Positions 49,814 through 59,352 of a stretch of DNA of 63,183 nucleotides are shown here, one piece after another. This DNA comes from an uncultured Sulfitobacter sp. Lineage in GTDB: Bacteria > Pseudomonadota > Alphaproteobacteria > Rhodobacterales > Rhodobacteraceae. The position numbers were made by a program, and so were the translations under genes. Location: positions 1 to 63,183 of the forward strand of contig CBDTVL010000001.1 of the NCBI GenBank assembly GCA_965363755.1, written 5' to 3'. The notes beneath the pieces were generated by a model. It was not told the DNA's origin. It saw nothing but the letters and a program-made list of their open reading frames with translations, and ran no database searches. Each line of letters opens with the position of its first letter. Position 1 is the stretch's first letter.

Positions 49814-50848
49814 ATGGCCGAGCAAAAGACGATCCTGCGCGCACTAGCGGGCGAAACTCAGAGCACGCCACCGATCTGGATGATGCGCCAAGCGGGCCGT
49901 TATCTGCCAGAATACCGCGCTACGCGCGCAAAGGCCGGAGACTTCCTGTCGCTTTGTTATAATCCCGAATTGGCTACTGAAGTCACACTGCAACCCATTC
50001 GACGCTATGGTTTTGATGCGGCTATTCTTTTCGCTGACATCCTGCTGATCCCACAAGCGTTGGGGGCAGATCTTTGGTTTGTGACTGGCGAAGGTCCGCG
50101 CCTCTCCACCATCACCAACCAGGCTGATTTCGACAAGCTGGGGCCAGCCGCAGACATCCACGAGGTGCTGAACCCGATTTATGAGACCGTTAAGATCCTC
50201 TCCGGTGCGCTGCCATCTGAAACCACCTTAATCGGTTTCGCAGGTGCCCCGTGGACCGTCGCCACCTATATGATCGCAGGTCGAGGCACGCCGGATCAGG
50301 GACCTGCACACGCCCTGCGGATAGAGAACAACCCATTGTTCGAAGCGTTGCTGGCACGCATAACGCAGGCGACGATTCTCTACCTTTCTGCCCAAATCGA
50401 GGCCGGTGCGGAGGTTGTCAAAATTTTTGACAGTTGGGCGGGATCGCTGAAAGGCGACGCTTTTGAAAAATACGCATTGCAGCCAGCGCGCGAGATTACG
50501 ACAGCGCTCAAGATCCAATACCCCGAGGTTCCGATCATAGGTTTTCCACGCGAAGCTGCGGAGAAATACATTGGCTTTGCCAAGGCAACGGGGATCGATT
50601 GTGTGGCGTTGGATAACTCGGTCAGCCCCGAATGGGCGGCGCAAAACGTACAGGTTGATGGCTGCGTGCAGGGAAATCTGGCATCGCATCATATGGTTAC
50701 GGGGGGACACGCGCTGGTCGATGAAACTCGCGCAATTGTCAAAGCGTTCTCAAATGGGCCGCACATATTCAATCTGGGCCATGGCATCACGCCGGATGCA
50801 GACCCCGACAACGTGCAATTGATGATCGACACGGTGCGCGGTGGGTAA
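49814..50848 (+). CDS. hemE: Uroporphyrinogen decarboxylase
   Basis: [29 protein letters not shown]. Confidence 0.97.
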   Translation: MAEQKTILRALAGETQSTPPIWMMRQAGRYLPEYRATRAKAGDFLSLCYNPELATEVTLQPIRRYGFDAAILFADILLIPQALGADLWFVTGEGPRLSTITNQADFDKLGPAADIHEVLNPIYETVKILSGALPSETTLIGFAGAPWTVATYMIAGRGTPDQGPAHALRIENNPLFEALLARITQATILYLSAQIEAGAEVVKIFDSWAGSLKGDAFEKYALQPAREITTALKIQYPEVPIIGFPREAAEKYIGFAKATGIDCVALDNSVSPEWAAQNVQVDGCVQGNLASHHMVTGGHALVDETRAIVKAFSNGPHIFNLGHGITPDADPDNVQLMIDTVRGG

Positions 50849-50868
50849 AGGCCATCTAAAGGTGTGTA

Positions 50869-50945
50869 TGGTGGCGTGAGGTGGACTTGAACCACCGACC
50901 CCAGCATTATGAGTGCTGTGCTCTAACCAGCTGAGCTACCACGCC
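50869..50945 (-). tRNA. tRNA-Met (CAT), probably elongator
   Basis: GGCGTGGTAGCTCAGCTGGTTAGAGCACAGCACTCATAATGCTGGGGTCGGTGGTTCAAGTCCACCTCACGCCACCA; full cloverleaf with encoded CCA; G1-C72 pair excludes fMet; Ile2 not fully excluded. Confidence 0.93.
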
Positions 50946-50959
50946 ATACTACAGGCGCT

Positions 50960-50988
50960 GCGATACGAAACCGCACACCCGGTGTCAA
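50960..50988 (-). promoter_or_regulatory. Putative sigma70 promoter of the tRNA
   Basis: TTGACA-N17-TATCGC on the minus strand. Confidence 0.6.
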
Positions 50989-51004
50989 ACAGAAAACGAC
51001 GACC

Positions 51005-51799
51005 TCAGATCACGATGGGTGCCTTTTGGCGGGCAATCTCTTTGACCACGCTCATCGCGGCAAGGGCAGAGGTGCGCGGGTTTTCCGGCAGGCCATTGCC
51101 GGCGATCTCAAAACGCAGGGATCCAAAGTCTCCGGTTGCAGTAATTTCGTGGATGTTTGCCGTTGCAGCGGGGTCGGCAATCAATTCTACCTTTGTTGCA
51201 TCAAATCCCAGACCGGCCAGCGCCACAGCGGCTGCCACATTGGCGTTTTTGGGGTATTGCAACGCCGCATCGCGCGCGCTGCCAGTGAAATGGGCGGTGG
51301 CGGTGGCGAGAGCCTTCAGGTCCAGCACGTTCTCAGCAGGAGAGCCGGCCCAGCCTTGGGGCGGTTTGCGCCCGGTATATGTCACTGTATCAAGTCGACC
51401 CATCTTGGCAGACGCAATGGCGTCCAGGGCGCCAATTGCGCCTGATGCAAGATGCAGTCGACTGTTGCCGATGATCGCGGCATCGGACAGAGCTTTGTAT
51501 AGCGCATCGTCCGCCATTGCTCCGATGGACAAGGTAATCAGTGGATAACCTGCCTGCAAAATACTCACGCCGTGGGCAATCAATCCACTATGCCCCGCAC
51601 AATCCACGACGATATCAATACCCGTGGGCGCGTCACTGATGGAGGTGATAGCCGGGACGTTCCCCAGAGCGCCACGTGCAGTATCTTGCCGCCCATCGCG
51701 TGTGATGATGCAGCCGAGTTCGGCGTCCAACTCTGGCAAAGATTTGCACAGGTATGAGGCTACTGCGCCGTAACCAATTACTCCGATTCTTGTTGCCAT
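51005..51799 (-). CDS. Aspartate dehydrogenase family protein (NadX-like)
   Basis: GYGAV Rossmann, SGAIGALD, GRKPP, F.GSARDAA..YPKNANVAA, NPRTSAL. Confidence 0.88.
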   Translation of the reverse strand: MATRIGVIGYGAVASYLCKSLPELDAELGCIITRDGRQDTARGALGNVPAITSISDAPTGIDIVVDCAGHSGLIAHGVSILQAGYPLITLSIGAMADDALYKALSDAAIIGNSRLHLASGAIGALDAIASAKMGRLDTVTYTGRKPPQGWAGSPAENVLDLKALATATAHFTGSARDAALQYPKNANVAAAVALAGLGFDATKVELIADPAATANIHEITATGDFGSLRFEIAGNGLPENPRTSALAAMSVVKEIARQKAPIVI

Positions 51800-51819
51800 A
51801 TTGTTAATCCTTTGGATTA

Positions 51820-52566
51820 CTATCTTGCCGCCGCGCGAAAGAGGTCTGTTGGGCCGTTTTGCAGGACATCCAGCAGCTGTTCAGCAATATCCCAGACCTC
51901 GGAGGTATGAATCAGATGATGGGTGAGCAAGCCCAGTGGTTCCGCGTTGTCCGCGACCCCATTGCGGCGGTCCTGCAACAGCTTGACGATTTGGTCGATC
52001 AACAGAGACGGATCCACCAGTCCCCGTGTACCGTGCCAGTCGATCGGATCAATATGAGTGTTGATCTGTGTGAGTCCCATGGCTGGTTGTGCAGCGGCTC
52101 TGGGTGTGAACGTGGACAGCATTGTGTAACCCGCATTGACCAAATCAGCATAGTGCGTGGGGTCGATTCGGTTCCAAGGCGGCACAAACATCGGTGCCAG
52201 ACGCGGGCCAAACAAATTGCGAAGCGCGGTCAATCCACTTGCTGCGTCCTCGGCTGCGCCCCCGCGCCCCAAGCCGAATTCGGTCTTTTTTGATCCTGTG
52301 GGCGCGTGGTTCTGGTGAGCCCAGCCGTGAACAACTGGAATAAACTCGGATGCGTCTGTTATTCGGTTAGCCAGATGGTGGTCCGCATAGTGTGGGATGA
52401 CTGCCAGATGAACCGGCACCCCGGTTTGCCGCGCCATTGCGGCAAGGCGATCCAGTTCTGGCGTGGGCTGCGTTGCGTCATCGTCACGCCACCAAATCGG
52501 CAGACGCAATTCTGCTGCGCGCCACTCTGCCAGCTCTGTGTGTAAGTTTGACCAATCCGTTGTCAT
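51820..52566 (-). CDS. Polysaccharide deacetylase-like (CE4/NodB fold) protein
   Basis: WWRDDD, HGWAH, FVPPWNR, LTHH. Confidence 0.82.
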   Translation of the reverse strand: MTTDWSNLHTELAEWRAAELRLPIWWRDDDATQPTPELDRLAAMARQTGVPVHLAVIPHYADHHLANRITDASEFIPVVHGWAHQNHAPTGSKKTEFGLGRGGAAEDAASGLTALRNLFGPRLAPMFVPPWNRIDPTHYADLVNAGYTMLSTFTPRAAAQPAMGLTQINTHIDPIDWHGTRGLVDPSLLIDQIVKLLQDRRNGVADNAEPLGLLTHHLIHTSEVWDIAEQLLDVLQNGPTDLFRAAAR

Positions 52567-53705
52567 TTGCGGCCCCTCAGCAGACCTTCGGTGATCTGCA
52601 CGGATTTAGCAGCACCATCGAAATGCAATCCGGCGCCCCGATCACGACGAGAGGTCTGCACAGCGGCGGCTGTGCTCAGCAAGTTTTGCGGCGTCAACGT
52701 GTCGGTCTTGATCATCTTGATGCCGTCCAGTCGCGTTAGGCTTTGTGCGCGTAGGGTCTGCTCTACCTCGCCGCCATCGTCAAATGGTATGAACACGGCA
52801 GGGGTGCCAGACTGCAACAAATCGAGCGCCGTATTGTAGCCGCACATGCTGACAGAAGCTGCAGCATGATAAAGCATCTGGCGGAAATCCGAACGGGCGG
52901 GTTCTATGATGGTGGCGCTGCCTTTGGCCGCGGCCCGGAGCCGTTCGATACGCGCTGTTGAATCGTTTCCACCTACCAAAAGTCGCCAGACATTGCCGTC
53001 CGACAGGTGCGCAGCCTCGACTGCTGTGTAGAACAGGGCATTACCGACTGTCCCGCCTCCTGCGCTGACAAGGATTTCCCCTGCTCCGGCCTTTTTCGGG
53101 TGAGGTCCAGCCGGGGTGGGGGCGACATAGCCAGTATAGTGAATTTTAGGCCGCAGGGCGTCTGACACCGGCCAGCTTTGATCCAGTGGCGTGCTACTCG
53201 CATCAGAATGGACCAGAACGCCATCGTAATATTGGCCAACAACTTTGTCAGTGACCGCGGCGCGTTCGGGTTTGGAGGGTGGCGCGAGAATGTCGCGGAT
53301 TGACGACAGAACAAGTGGTGCAGGTGCCATTGAGTTAGCGGCACGGAGCAAGGCGAGAAACTCGCAGCGCAAAACACGGCGGCCGAAAGGGTAGAGTTCC
53401 GTTATCAGCACTTTTGGCTGAACTTGGATCAAAACATCGTGCTGCACACCTTGGCGCCGCGCCAGATAGGCGTCATTTGCTGGAGCACCATCAGCGGTGA
53501 GCAATTTGGTGAAATTCACCCCGTCAGAGCGCAGCGGGGGAAGCTGAATAAGATTGATTTGGGCGCTGTCAAATTGATCTACTGGCATGCCGCCTGAAAC
53601 GACGGTTGCTTTGTGACCTTGGGCTGTGAAAGCTCGGGCAAGCGTGAGCGCACGGCTTAGATGGCCAGCGCCCAGCAGATGGGTAACGACGATCATAACG
53701 TTCAT
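52563..53705 (-). CDS. GT-B glycosyltransferase (COG4671/GT28-C-like)
   Basis: HLLGAGHLSR, ELYPFGR, SAGGG, CGYNT, EQTLRA. Confidence 0.85.
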   Translation of the reverse strand: MNVMIVVTHLLGAGHLSRALTLARAFTAQGHKATVVSGGMPVDQFDSAQINLIQLPPLRSDGVNFTKLLTADGAPANDAYLARRQGVQHDVLIQVQPKVLITELYPFGRRVLRCEFLALLRAANSMAPAPLVLSSIRDILAPPSKPERAAVTDKVVGQYYDGVLVHSDASSTPLDQSWPVSDALRPKIHYTGYVAPTPAGPHPKKAGAGEILVSAGGGTVGNALFYTAVEAAHLSDGNVWRLLVGGNDSTARIERLRAAAKGSATIIEPARSDFRQMLYHAAASVSMCGYNTALDLLQSGTPAVFIPFDDGGEVEQTLRAQSLTRLDGIKMIKTDTLTPQNLLSTAAAVQTSRRDRGAGLHFDGAAKSVQITEGLLRGRK

Positions 53706-54286
53706 GTTGCGCGCGCCTCAAGCCGTACAATTCCAGGATCGGACAACGCCAAAGCGGGTTTGAGTTCGAGCACATAAAGTCTGTTGCGCTTGACCTGAAA
53801 CGGCGGCGGGCCGCTAAAGTTCCATCCCGTCGCTTTTGCAAGGATCATGCGCATGATTCCGATGTGACAGACCGCCAGACTGTCGCAAGCCAGATTGGTC
53901 AACCACGGTTCGATCCGGTTCCAGACCTCTTGCGGGCTTTCACCTGAAGGGGCGTGATAGTTCCAGCCCCAGTCTTCGATGTCGCGAAACCCGCTATCGG
54001 GTTCAGCGCGCAGATCAGATCCGTGCAGACCTTCCCATGCGCCCCAGTTCATTTCTGTCAGGGCTTCGCTGGTTCGCGGCGTCCTGTCGGCAACCAGCAT
54101 TGCAGTGTCATAAGCGCGCATAAGCGGACTGGACCAGAGGTCTGCTTGCTGCCAGGTCGATGGCAGGCAAAGGGCAGCGAGCGATTTACGGGCGTCGGCG
54201 TCCAAGGCAATATCGCTGCGGCCCTGAATGCGGCCCGCGCGGTTCCAGGCAGTATGACCATGTCTTAACAGAGCCAGTCTGGTCAT
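53702..54286 (-). CDS. Histidine phosphatase family protein
   Basis: LRHG.T.WN...RIQG, SSPL.RA, E..WG.WEG, PSGES. Confidence 0.9.
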   Translation of the reverse strand: MTRLALLRHGHTAWNRAGRIQGRSDIALDADARKSLAALCLPSTWQQADLWSSPLMRAYDTAMLVADRTPRTSEALTEMNWGAWEGLHGSDLRAEPDSGFRDIEDWGWNYHAPSGESPQEVWNRIEPWLTNLACDSLAVCHIGIMRMILAKATGWNFSGPPPFQVKRNRLYVLELKPALALSDPGIVRLEARAT

Positions 54287-55371
54287 GGCATAGATCGGAT
54301 CAAGGGTTTTATGTGCGCCATCAGAGTGCGCGAGGCGGCGGAGATCAGATGATGATTTTGGATGCCATCGCGCCCGATCTGAGCCAGCTGCAGGCGTCGA
54401 TCTGGGGCCGATATCAAGCTGTCAATTTCGATTGCCAAGGCTGTTGGATCATTGGGGTCAGTCAATACGCCACCGTGGACCACGTCTCGTACGCCGGGGC
54501 GGTCTTGGGCGATCACCGGCAGACCAGCGGCCTGAGCCTCAAGAAATACCATCCCAAAGGCTTCGTTCACGCCGGGCCAGAAAAACAGATCGACGGAATC
54601 ATAAGCATCCCTCATGGCTTGGGCCCCCAATACTCCCAGAAAAGTGACCTGATCCGAAAATGGAGCAAACAGTGCCTCGACAGCAGAGCGAGCGGGGCCA
54701 TCTCCCGCGATATCAAGTCTCCAGTTTTTGCCTCTAAGTTTAGTTAGCGTTTCTGCGATAATTTGATAAGAGGCAAATTTGTCGCCGGGGCGCATCATGC
54801 CAGCGCAGAGGATCTTTGCAGAATCGCTGGGGCGTTCTGGTATGGAGTCAAGCCTGGTGAGCGCCAAAAACGGTGGCAGGTGGACAATTTTTTGGTGGTC
54901 GGCCTTGTGTTTCAACAGCGTTATCCGGTCATGCGCGGTGAGATGAAAGATGACATCGGCGTGGTCGCTGGCGATCTCAGCCGCCTGCGCAAACGACCCC
55001 CAAGGGCCGTGCAGCCGTTTGTGGGCACGCGTGGATTCGATCTGGACATAAGGGATGCCGAGTATGGCACTCACCGCAGGGCCAATCAGATCGGGGGCTT
55101 TATAATAGTTGTGATAAGTAACCCAGACCTGCCAGGGTGTTTCGGCGGTATGATTGAGCAAGCGCTGGATTTCGTGTTCTGCCTCGGATTGCAAAGCTGC
55201 CTGCTGATCGTGGTCTCCAATGCGGTCCAGACTGCGCAACTCTGACGTCAGATCAACGGTGCAATCAGCGTCGGCCAGTGCTTTCATCAGTGAGCGCGCC
55301 ATCGCCCGGTCACCGGAAGGCACTGCGTGGTTGGGGGATTTGAGTGGAGCATAAAAGGCCAGATGCGTCAT
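54283..55371 (-). CDS. Glycosyltransferase family 4
   Basis: PSGDR, YHNYYKAPD, EAFGMVFLEAQAAGLP (E-x7-E). Confidence 0.88.
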   Translation of the reverse strand: MTHLAFYAPLKSPNHAVPSGDRAMARSLMKALADADCTVDLTSELRSLDRIGDHDQQAALQSEAEHEIQRLLNHTAETPWQVWVTYHNYYKAPDLIGPAVSAILGIPYVQIESTRAHKRLHGPWGSFAQAAEIASDHADVIFHLTAHDRITLLKHKADHQKIVHLPPFLALTRLDSIPERPSDSAKILCAGMMRPGDKFASYQIIAETLTKLRGKNWRLDIAGDGPARSAVEALFAPFSDQVTFLGVLGAQAMRDAYDSVDLFFWPGVNEAFGMVFLEAQAAGLPVIAQDRPGVRDVVHGGVLTDPNDPTALAIEIDSLISAPDRRLQLAQIGRDGIQNHHLISAASRTLMAHIKPLIRSMP

Positions 55372-55379
55372 CGGGACAT

Positions 55380-56618
55380 CTAAGCCCCCATTGCGGTCAG
55401 GCGATGCGATAGTTGCACAATGCCAGGATCCATGCCGAAATCAGCAATCAGACGATTGATGGCGGCATCCGCCATGTCAGCGGCTTTTTGAGGATCCTGA
55501 ACCAAAGTCATGATTGCAGTTGCTAAATCTTCGGCTGAATCGCTCGTCAGGATGCCCTGTACACCTGTTTCAATGAACTCCGGAATCGCTGAAACGGCGG
55601 TCGAAATGATTGGAAGGTTTTGTGAAGCCGCCTCCATCAGCACATTGGGCAATCCGTCGCGGTCACCATCGGCGGCGACACGGCTGGGCAGCACAAAGAT
55701 GTCTGACGCGCGCATTGCTTCGATAACCTGCGGCTGATCACAGGCGCCGCGCCACTCTATTTGTCCAGCGATCCCCGCTGTAATTGCCCGGTTAGTCATC
55801 TCGTTTTTCAGACTACCACCGCCAATATGGATCCAGCGCCAATTTAAGCCTTTCGGCAATAACGCTAGGGCATCAATGAGCCGGTCGAACCCCTTTTTTT
55901 CCACCAAACGGCCGACGGACAGGAATGTGACCGGGTCATTTGGTTTACGAAGCGGGCACTCAGGCGGTTTGGGAAACCGTGAAAGGTCTAGCCCGTGATA
56001 GACCAGATCAATACGTTCTGGATCGTCTGTCAGGCTTCGCAGGAAGTTTGCCCCATAGGCCGTGCATGTCGCGCCAAACTCGGCCCCATGATGAGATATA
56101 TCCAGCTTCTCCCTTAATTCCCATTCTTGCGAGGTCCAGATGTCTTTGGCATGGGCGGAAAACCCCCAGGGTAACCCGCGCATGATCGCGCAATAACGTG
56201 CAACAGAGGACGGCGTGTGCAGGAAGTGAGCGTAGAGCGCCGTGTTGGCAGCAGGCAGCTCGGTCGCCATGACACAAGCTTGACCAAAGCGCCGCGCCCG
56301 GTTGCGGGTTCTGTCACGCGCGTAGTCCGCCCGCCAGATTGACCATGCTGTGCTGAACCCGGGCAACTGTCGGGCGGTAAGATAGGCACGCGCAACGCGT
56401 AACGGTTCCTGATGCAGGTATTCCGGCAGATAGTGGACTTTGGCCGTAATCTGATCGTGGAGAGGGTGGCGTTTGATATCTGTTGGGTGGCGAAGTGACC
56501 AAATGTCAAAACGGTGCCCCGCGGCCTCAAGAGCCGCCAGCTCTTGAGCAATGAATGTCTCAGATAGGCGTGGCCACCCTTTGACGACAATTGCCAGTTT
56601 TGCAGGAGTTGGCGTCAT
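55380..56618 (-). CDS. Glycosyltransferase family 4
   Basis: PRLSETFI, HAKDIW, VGRLVEKKG, DGLPNVLMEA. Confidence 0.9.
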   Translation of the reverse strand: MTPTPAKLAIVVKGWPRLSETFIAQELAALEAAGHRFDIWSLRHPTDIKRHPLHDQITAKVHYLPEYLHQEPLRVARAYLTARQLPGFSTAWSIWRADYARDRTRNRARRFGQACVMATELPAANTALYAHFLHTPSSVARYCAIMRGLPWGFSAHAKDIWTSQEWELREKLDISHHGAEFGATCTAYGANFLRSLTDDPERIDLVYHGLDLSRFPKPPECPLRKPNDPVTFLSVGRLVEKKGFDRLIDALALLPKGLNWRWIHIGGGSLKNEMTNRAITAGIAGQIEWRGACDQPQVIEAMRASDIFVLPSRVAADGDRDGLPNVLMEAASQNLPIISTAVSAIPEFIETGVQGILTSDSAEDLATAIMTLVQDPQKAADMADAAINRLIADFGMDPGIVQLSHRLTAMGA

Positions 56619-57844
56619 TCAGCGGCGCGGGCCGGGGCCATCGCCATCAGCGCCTGCGACCGCTCGATCACTTTGTCCAGCCCGTCCAGAAGACCAGCGG
56701 TAATGGAATGCGACGGCAGGTTCTGCAATGGCAGAGCGCGAATGGCGCGGATCATCGCTGCAGGCGTAAGCTCACATTGATCCTCGTCCAGCATCTGCAC
56801 CAACCCCAGTGCTTTACCTCGCTTTGCACGGATATGCTGTTCGCGTCGCGGTACTGTGCGCGGTACGATCACGGCCCGCTGATCAAATGACAACACTTCG
56901 CAAAACGTGTTGTAGCCTCCCATGCAAACTACACCTTGTGCGCCTGCAAACAGGGTTTCAATCTCGGCTTCAAACCCGACCGCACGTACCCGCCCGTTGA
57001 GATTTTGCACCCGATGTTCAAAATCTTCTCTTGTTTCGCCGGAAAGGAATGGGCCGTAGACCAGAACCGCCATGGGCAAGAGGTCCGGATCCTGTTCATA
57101 AGCCGACAATACAAGGTTCACCATGGCCTCTCCATCACCACCGCCACCGGGGGTGACCAGGATGTAAGGCTCAACCAGTGGCGATGGGTCCACCTGTCCC
57201 TCGCGGCGCAGGTAGCCGGTGTAATGCATCTGCTCGCGGATTCTATCGCTGAGGGCGAGACCGCTGGTGGGGTCATAAAAGGATTCTAGGCCATAGACCC
57301 AGACTTCGTCATAGTACTTCTCGGTTGCCTCGATGCCGGCTTTGCGATCCCATTCCATCGCCAGCACGTCGGGGCTGTCCAGCACATCGCGCAGGCCCAG
57401 CACCATTTTGGTGCGCCCGTCGGCTTGCAGCATATCTAATGTTGGCAAGAGTTCGCCACGAAATCCCGTTGGTTCTTTGTCAACGATAAGCAAATCGGGA
57501 TCATATTGTTCAACAGCGGATTTGATCAGACCGGCGCGAATTGCCGTGGTTTCGTCAATCCCCATGCCAAGTGCCTGCGAGATATACGACCCATCCGCCA
57601 TCTTAGTCACACCTGGCAGTCGCATATGGTCTACCCGTTCGGGAAAGGTGAATCGCCCAGCAACCGGCGAACCGGTGAGAATGATGGCGGTAGTTTTGGG
57701 ATCAGCTGCAGTGATTGCACTGGCAAGCGCACGTGAGCGGCGCAAATGCCCCAGACCAAACGTGTCATGGCTGTACAGTACCACACGACCCGATTTTTGC
57801 GGGTCATCATGCGGTCGCGCGGGAGGGAAAGTTGCCAAATCCAT
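56615..57844 (-). CDS. GT-B glycosyltransferase (COG4671-like)
   Basis: YSHDTFGLGHLRR, GLRDVLD, PGGGGDG, MGGYNT, REQ..RA. Confidence 0.85.
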   Translation of the reverse strand: MDLATFPPARPHDDPQKSGRVVLYSHDTFGLGHLRRSRALASAITAADPKTTAIILTGSPVAGRFTFPERVDHMRLPGVTKMADGSYISQALGMGIDETTAIRAGLIKSAVEQYDPDLLIVDKEPTGFRGELLPTLDMLQADGRTKMVLGLRDVLDSPDVLAMEWDRKAGIEATEKYYDEVWVYGLESFYDPTSGLALSDRIREQMHYTGYLRREGQVDPSPLVEPYILVTPGGGGDGEAMVNLVLSAYEQDPDLLPMAVLVYGPFLSGETREDFEHRVQNLNGRVRAVGFEAEIETLFAGAQGVVCMGGYNTFCEVLSFDQRAVIVPRTVPRREQHIRAKRGKALGLVQMLDEDQCELTPAAMIRAIRALPLQNLPSHSITAGLLDGLDKVIERSQALMAMAPARAAE

Positions 57845-57860
57845 AATATCTCGATCTTCT

Positions 57861-59141
57861 TTAAAGTCTCAGGTCTGATCCGAACTTACCAAATACACCT
57901 TTGATATCATAGACAAGTGCGCCCGGTTTTCCCAAGGCCCGGACTTCATCCGCACCCAATTCGACGAATTTCGTGTGTGCAACTGCCAAAATGATGGCGT
58001 CATAGGCCCCCACAGAGGGCGTGGGAACCGTTTCAATCCCATGCTCGGTCGCCATAACCTCTTGTGTGACCCATGGCTCATATACCTCGGTGCTTACGGA
58101 ATAGGACTGCAATTCAGCCACAATGTCCGCAACTTTACTATTGCGCGTATCAGCGCAGTTTTCTTTGAATGTGAACCCCATGACCAAAACCTTTGCACGG
58201 GCCAAATCGACCTGTTTCGCCAGCATAGCTTTGATCAGTTCCGACGCCACATGGCGACCCATATGATCATTGATGCGGCGACCTGCCAGAATCACCTCGG
58301 GGTGATAGCCGAGTTGTTCGGCGCGGTAGGTGAGATAGTATGGGTCAACACCGATGCAATGCCCACCAACCAGACCGGGCCTAAAGGGCAGGAAATTCCA
58401 TTTTGTTCCGGCGGCTTCAAGCACCTCAAGCGTGTCGAGCTTCATGCGAGAAAAGATCAGTGAAAACTCGTTTACCAAAGCGATGTTCAAGTCACGTTGA
58501 GTGTTCTCTATCACCTTTGCAGCTTCGGCAGTTTTGATCGAACTTGCGCGATGCAGGCCCGCCTTGACGATGGGGGCATAGATCGACTGCGTCCTGTCCA
58601 GCGTCACATCGTCTTGTGCAGAAATGATCTTAATCACGCTCTCGAGAGAATGCTCGGCATCGCCCGGGTTCACCCGTTCGGGTGAATAGGCCAGCTTGAT
58701 CTCATCATATTGCTTCAGCCCGCTGGCCTGCGCCAGGGCGGGTCCGCAGACCTCTTCAGTTACGCCGGGATAAACTGTGCTTTCGACAATGATCAAGGCG
58801 CCGGGCACCAGATGTGGGGCGATGCAGGAGCACGCGCCAAGCAGCGGGCCAAGATCAGGTTTCTTGGCGTCGGTGATCGGGGTTGGCACGGCAAGGATGA
58901 AAGCCGTGCAACCTGCCAAGTCAGCCGGGTTTGACGAAAATCTTGTGCCGCTGGCCTCAAGCGATGTCGCAGACACTTCCCCATTTGGATCTTCACCGTT
59001 GTGCAGGGCAGAGACAAGCAGGGCATTTGTGTCAAACCCAATTGTTTCAAATCCAGCACGTGACAGGGCCAACGCTAACGGCAGACCGACATATCCCAGT
59101 CCTAGTACCGCAATTTTTTCCGAACAAGCTTGTGCAGCCAT
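57861..59141 (-). CDS. UDP-N-acetylhexosamine dehydrogenase (WbpO/TviB-like nucleotide sugar dehydrogenase)
   Basis: GLGYVG, ESTVYPG, YSPER, ENTQRD, GGHCIGVDP, FKENC.D.RNS. Confidence 0.92.
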   Translation of the reverse strand: MAAQACSEKIAVLGLGYVGLPLALALSRAGFETIGFDTNALLVSALHNGEDPNGEVSATSLEASGTRFSSNPADLAGCTAFILAVPTPITDAKKPDLGPLLGACSCIAPHLVPGALIIVESTVYPGVTEEVCGPALAQASGLKQYDEIKLAYSPERVNPGDAEHSLESVIKIISAQDDVTLDRTQSIYAPIVKAGLHRASSIKTAEAAKVIENTQRDLNIALVNEFSLIFSRMKLDTLEVLEAAGTKWNFLPFRPGLVGGHCIGVDPYYLTYRAEQLGYHPEVILAGRRINDHMGRHVASELIKAMLAKQVDLARAKVLVMGFTFKENCADTRNSKVADIVAELQSYSVSTEVYEPWVTQEVMATEHGIETVPTPSVGAYDAIILAVAHTKFVELGADEVRALGKPGALVYDIKGVFGKFGSDLRL

Positions 59142-59352
59142 CTCGCGTCCTTTGATCGTCTCGGCGCAAGTTGCGCGACAATGCCGTTTGGGCGTCGTCG
59201 CCTATCTAGCCAATCGCAGCACGAAAGCAAAGCCGCTCGCGCGGATTTGACAGGAGTTGTTATCAAGCTTGGTTTACCTCTGGCGCGCGTGCATTGCGCG
59301 CCGTCATTCATTCGCATAGCGTCTGCGCTGACGGACTGGGAAAGGCTCTATT

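Noticed and set aside
28465..50848. Heme/respiration supercluster as a novel system
   Set aside because: hemN-fnrL-usp-cco and hemF-hemC-hemE are well-known arrangements in Rhodobacteraceae
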